From assembly GCA_964572825.1 (NCBI GenBank), contig CAZNGS010000005.1, positions 479 to 64,478 of the forward strand: a stretch of 64,000 nucleotides of DNA. Reading direction: 5' to 3'. Within the stretch, counting starts at the first letter, position 1. Every line of letters starts with the position of its first letter. The position numbers and the translations under genes are program-made. The DNA comes from an uncultured candidatus Brocadiaceae bacterium (GTDB lineage Bacteria > Planctomycetota > Brocadiia > SM23-32). This document shows, piece after piece, positions 61,701 to 64,000 of this stretch. The notes beneath the pieces are model-generated. The model did not search any database. It worked only from the letters and a program-made list of their open reading frames with translations, and was not told the origin of the DNA.

Positions 61701-62097
61701 CGCCCCGGAAGACGAGTTGCCTGAAGGAGACCTGGAACCCATCCTTGACGAAGTCGAGGGGATGCTGGAGGAGGATCGAATACCGCCGAAGTTCCTGGAA
61801 GACCTGAGTCTGGACCGCGAGGGGCTGCGGGAGTTGATCCAGGAGCTTCGAAAGAGAAAGCGGGACGCTGCGGAACGCGACGCTGAGGAGCAGAAACCCC
61901 AACAGATCGACGAGCAGGCGCGGGTCCTCTCGGGAGCGGACGCCGTGTCCTCTACCGTGAGGCTCGCCGACGGTCTGCCGGAAGAAGTAACTCCGGACGA
62001 TCTCCGCAGCCGTTTCGAGGGGGCACGACAGAGGCTTTCCGAGCGCTACCGGGACATCGTAGGCCAGTACTACAAGGCACTTTCCGAGGAAGAATGA
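58786..62097 (+). CDS. large membrane protein (DUF4175-like architecture) with roughly 470-aa acidic Gly/Glu/Arg/Asp-rich disordered region
   Basis: GGAGGGG RBS. The ORF is open from 58489. Three TM helices in the first 280 aa, a beta-rich extracytoplasmic domain, a low-complexity region encoded at about 60300-61700, and a conserved-looking helical C-terminal tail ending ...YYKALSEEE. Confidence 0.6.
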   Translation: MATSESPEQPRDFVLDRIDSIRRSATFWRMGWGYLWTVLLVVGLVFLGVLLDHLFVLQRGARMAFLQAFLFACGGGLLAATLYPVLRNLGRLYVARRIEQREPELGNALISYLQVRRDPRVPTEVKRLLARKAQGHVRSADTGVAVDFSPFVRMVAVVSAVIIIFVVYAVFSPKSTPVSMARLFRPKADILPPTATRLTNIEPGDMYVIEGDRPTLEVRVDGARPASVYAVWDGQSFQGRTLLLSSSESGLWRTVFPPVLEDGGYTVRAGDTRSERLAIEVLPEPIVEKLRLQVRPPEYTGLPTGTVTDGDVQAVKGSRVTVQVSTNLPPGRGALEFGSGLRVVLDAAPDAAQLTGQFTVLRSDTYQVRFQTQPYPGGKTFQNRNPLQFTLTCLEDRAPQVQLHGPADGLAVSPEDTVPLEYTASDDFGLDRVVLRSSVWGVSRSPLTVAENPGRRQEAAEFNWHLAELDLTAGQVVTYYLEAVDRHQPDAQTGRSETRRLVVRRDEDLMEAPEPEEGQQPQETPPGQEPHAAEESVSDEADEARRAEEVVRRIRDMLRERGDATEASSPPDERTQESEAQEGRPGDERAPGEPRQQGLEGEGPDRGLAGDRERGDRQVAGTESRADGRREGAGEAEGAQRAGSQDGQGEAGSEEGSEPRHEGTQDTGAPESREAGQRQGREGGQRDEGDRAGGGADSAGAETQQERAGREGSRGAEGTPEGSDGGGRPGERDQRSGSTGEPGAGADGPAEAEGSADRGRERPEGGTGGRPGQGEGQGEAASGAQEQGQQPAAEGTGDGRAQPEDRGAGGASGTGEESPDEKSTGSGEGPGQRGADPERRSERGDGGAGTSGGRAADSAGQGQRPEAADRERGAGSPGAAGEGGLPGQGQQAAEPGQGADGSAGSRGEAAGAESGSAEGGTATRQDAGGTGGDAGRGSSTGADRGSSGATQSGRADRGGSSGDGVARLPAEGAPEDELPEGDLEPILDEVEGMLEEDRIPPKFLEDLSLDREGLRELIQELRKRKRDAAERDAEEQKPQQIDEQARVLSGADAVSSTVRLADGLPEEVTPDDLRSRFEGARQRLSERYRDIVGQYYKALSEEE

Positions 62098-63716
62098 GAA
62101 AACCACTGCGGCTGCGGCGTTACCAGGTTCACTTCAGCAGCTACAACATCCCCCAGATCTTCACCGACGTCCTCGTGCTGGGCAGCGGCGTGGGCGGATT
62201 GAGCACGGCGCTCAACCTGCCGGAAGGCGTCAGCGTCCTGCTGGTGACCAAGGGCGACCTGTCCGCCGGCAGCACCGCCGAGGCCCAGGGAGGTGTGGCG
62301 GCGGCCATTGCACCTGCGGACAGTCCGGAGCAGCACTTTGAGGACACCGTCGCCGCGGGCTGCGGCCTCTGCGACGAGGAGGCCGTCGGCATCGTGACCT
62401 CGGAGGGGCCCGACCGCATCGAGGAGCTCATCGAGATGGGCGTGGCCTTTGACCGGGAGGCAGATGAGCTGTCCCTGACGCGGGAAGGCGGCCACGGCCG
62501 GGCCAGGATTCTGCACGCCAACGGCGACGCCACGGGCCGGGCGATTCACGATGTGATGGGATCGCGCGCCCTGGAGCGGGAGAAGCTGGAGGTCCTTCAG
62601 AACGCGTTCGTGCTCGACTTGCTGACTCTGGACAACGTCTGTCACGGGGCGCTCATCTGGACACAGGGGCGCGGCCTGATGATGGCGCGGGCCAAGCAGA
62701 CGGTGCTGGCGGCAGGCGGCTGCGGGCGCGTCTACCGGGAGACGACCAATCCCTCCGTGATCACGGGCGACGGCGTGGCGATGGCCTTCCGGGCGGGGGC
62801 TTCGCTGCAGGACATGGAGTTCATCCAGTTCCATCCCACCACGCTCTACGTGGCCGGCGCCTCCCGAGCCCTGATCAGCGAGTCCCTCCGCGGGGAGGGC
62901 GGAATTCTGCGGAACCGGGAAGGCAAGCGGTTCATGCCGCAGTACCACCCGGACGCCGAGCTGGCCCCCAGGGACGTGGTCAGCCGAAGTATCGTCGACC
63001 AGATGAAGAAAACCGAGCACACCCACGTCTACCTGGACGTGACCGGCATGTGCGCCGAGCGCCTGGAGGAGAGGTTCCCCACCATAACGGCCCTGTGCCG
63101 CCGGTTTGGGCTGGAGCCGTCCGAAGACCTGATCCCCGTGCGACCTTCCGCCCATTACATGGTGGGCGGTGTGCGGACGGACCTGATGGGGCGCACGGAC
63201 GTGGAGAACCTGCTGGCGTGCGGGGAAGTGGCCTGTACCGGGTTGCACGGGGCCAACCGGCTGGGCAGCAATTCGCTGCTGGAGGGACTGGTCTTCGGGC
63301 GGCGGTGCGCCCGGGCCGCCGCCGAAAAACTGGCCGACATGGCCGAACCGCTGCCCGTCCACGCACTGCAGGGGCTCCCCCAGGAACCCGCCTACGGCAC
63401 GCTGAACCTGACGGACGTGGAAAACTCGCTGCGCAGCATAATGTGGCGCGACGCGGGCGTGGTGCGCAACGGCCAGGATCTGGACGAGGCCCTGGAGATG
63501 ATCACCTTCTGGTGCCGCTACGTCATGGACAAGGAGTTTGGCAGCCCCCAGGGCTGGCAACTGCAGAACATGCTGACCGTGGCGCGGCTGATCACCATGT
63601 GCGCCCGCCAACGCGAGGAATCCAGGGGCGTGCACTTCCGCAGGGATTTCCCCGAGCGCGACGCCGGATGGCAGCGCCACATCGTCCTGCGCAATGCGGG
63701 GGAGGAATGGCTGTGA
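62094..63716 (+). CDS. nadB: L-aspartate oxidase
   Basis: The ATG overlaps the upstream TGA. FAD-binding VLVLGSGVGG and the succinate-DH/fumarate-reductase flavoprotein fold (HYMVGGV, catalytic RHS-like region). Confidence 0.9.
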   Translation: MRKPLRLRRYQVHFSSYNIPQIFTDVLVLGSGVGGLSTALNLPEGVSVLLVTKGDLSAGSTAEAQGGVAAAIAPADSPEQHFEDTVAAGCGLCDEEAVGIVTSEGPDRIEELIEMGVAFDREADELSLTREGGHGRARILHANGDATGRAIHDVMGSRALEREKLEVLQNAFVLDLLTLDNVCHGALIWTQGRGLMMARAKQTVLAAGGCGRVYRETTNPSVITGDGVAMAFRAGASLQDMEFIQFHPTTLYVAGASRALISESLRGEGGILRNREGKRFMPQYHPDAELAPRDVVSRSIVDQMKKTEHTHVYLDVTGMCAERLEERFPTITALCRRFGLEPSEDLIPVRPSAHYMVGGVRTDLMGRTDVENLLACGEVACTGLHGANRLGSNSLLEGLVFGRRCARAAAEKLADMAEPLPVHALQGLPQEPAYGTLNLTDVENSLRSIMWRDAGVVRNGQDLDEALEMITFWCRYVMDKEFGSPQGWQLQNMLTVARLITMCARQREESRGVHFRRDFPERDAGWQRHIVLRNAGEEWL

Positions 63717-63826
63717 CCCCCGGCGGGCACGGAAGGTGCTTTTGACATAATCCTCCGGCACGGTTAAGCTTTCAAGGTTAATCCTGGGGTTTCTCTCTCC
63801 CCCGACCCTCACAGGAACTGACTACA

Positions 63827-64000
63827 TGCACAAGATCGCTGTCATACCCGGGGACGGAACCGGACCGGAGGTGGTTCGCGAAGGGCTCAAGGTGCTGCAG
63901 GCCGTGAGCGGGCTGGAAGGTTTCCAGTACGAGACCGCCCATTACGACTTAGGCGGCGAGCGGTATCTGCGCACCGGCGAGGTGCTGCCCGACTCCGCGC
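63827..64000 (+). CDS. isocitrate/isopropylmalate dehydrogenase family protein (3'-partial at window end)
   Basis: [17 protein letters not shown]-terminus typical of the IDH/IMDH family. Confidence 0.7.

Noticed and set aside
60215-62106. Multiple long ORFs on both strands across the repeat tract
   Set aside because: They are produced by GC-rich low-complexity DNA. Only the + frame is continuous, with flanking TM and C-terminal domains and an RBS.

Overview
High-G+C (roughly two-thirds G+C by eye) bacterial chromosomal segment. It is densely coded on both strands, and the third-frame antisense ORFs typical of GC-rich DNA are noise. Many genes have Shine-Dalgarno-like GGAGG motifs, and TGA is the dominant stop codon. 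TAA and TAG are also used as real stops. Gene content (GH43s, GH5-like, sulfatases, Gfo/Idh/MocA, xylose-isomerase-like TIM barrels, DUF4038) suggests a polysaccharide-degrading organism, possibly PVC-superphylum-like. Taxonomy cannot be fixed from sequence alone.

The window has two parts.

(1) 1-20.5 kb is a single-strand carbohydrate catabolic locus with no transporter or regulator. It holds a frameshifted GH5-like hydrolase, three GH43 enzymes (two in tandem), three Gfo/Idh/MocA oxidoreductases, two sugar-phosphate isomerase/epimerases, an FGGY kinase, two SDRs, a 2-hydroxyacid dehydrogenase, an aldo/keto reductase, a sulfatase, and a decayed PQQ beta-propeller pseudogene with two in-frame TAG codons.

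(2) 21.4-64 kb is mostly housekeeping: nfo, acyl-CoA dehydrogenase plus etfBA, glnD, uvrA, der, miaB, queA-tgt-yajC, nadB, and a folP-cdaA-cdaR-pdxJ-folE-holC operon. Several unusual genes are interspersed here, listed next.

The unusual genes in that second part are:
- An orphan HepT (DUF86) toxin-like gene in a 540-bp low-GC non-coding gap.
- A MobA-FdhD fusion.
- A DevCA/MacB-like ABC exporter operon interrupted by a pseudo-receiver membrane protein plus a REC-GGDEF (GGEEL variant) regulator.
- A phosphohexomutase-fold protein lacking the catalytic Ser and carrying an N-terminal 4-Cys zinc ribbon.
- A leaderless-looking LysM protein with its own promoter.
- A stand-alone WbuX-like PP-loop amidotransferase.
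- A roughly 1100-aa membrane protein with a roughly 470-aa acidic Gly/Glu/Arg-rich disordered region.

No rRNA, tRNA, CRISPR array, transposase or integrase was found. The most likely candidates for something undescribed are the ABC/pseudo-receiver/GGDEF module and the zinc-ribbon pseudo-phosphohexomutase.
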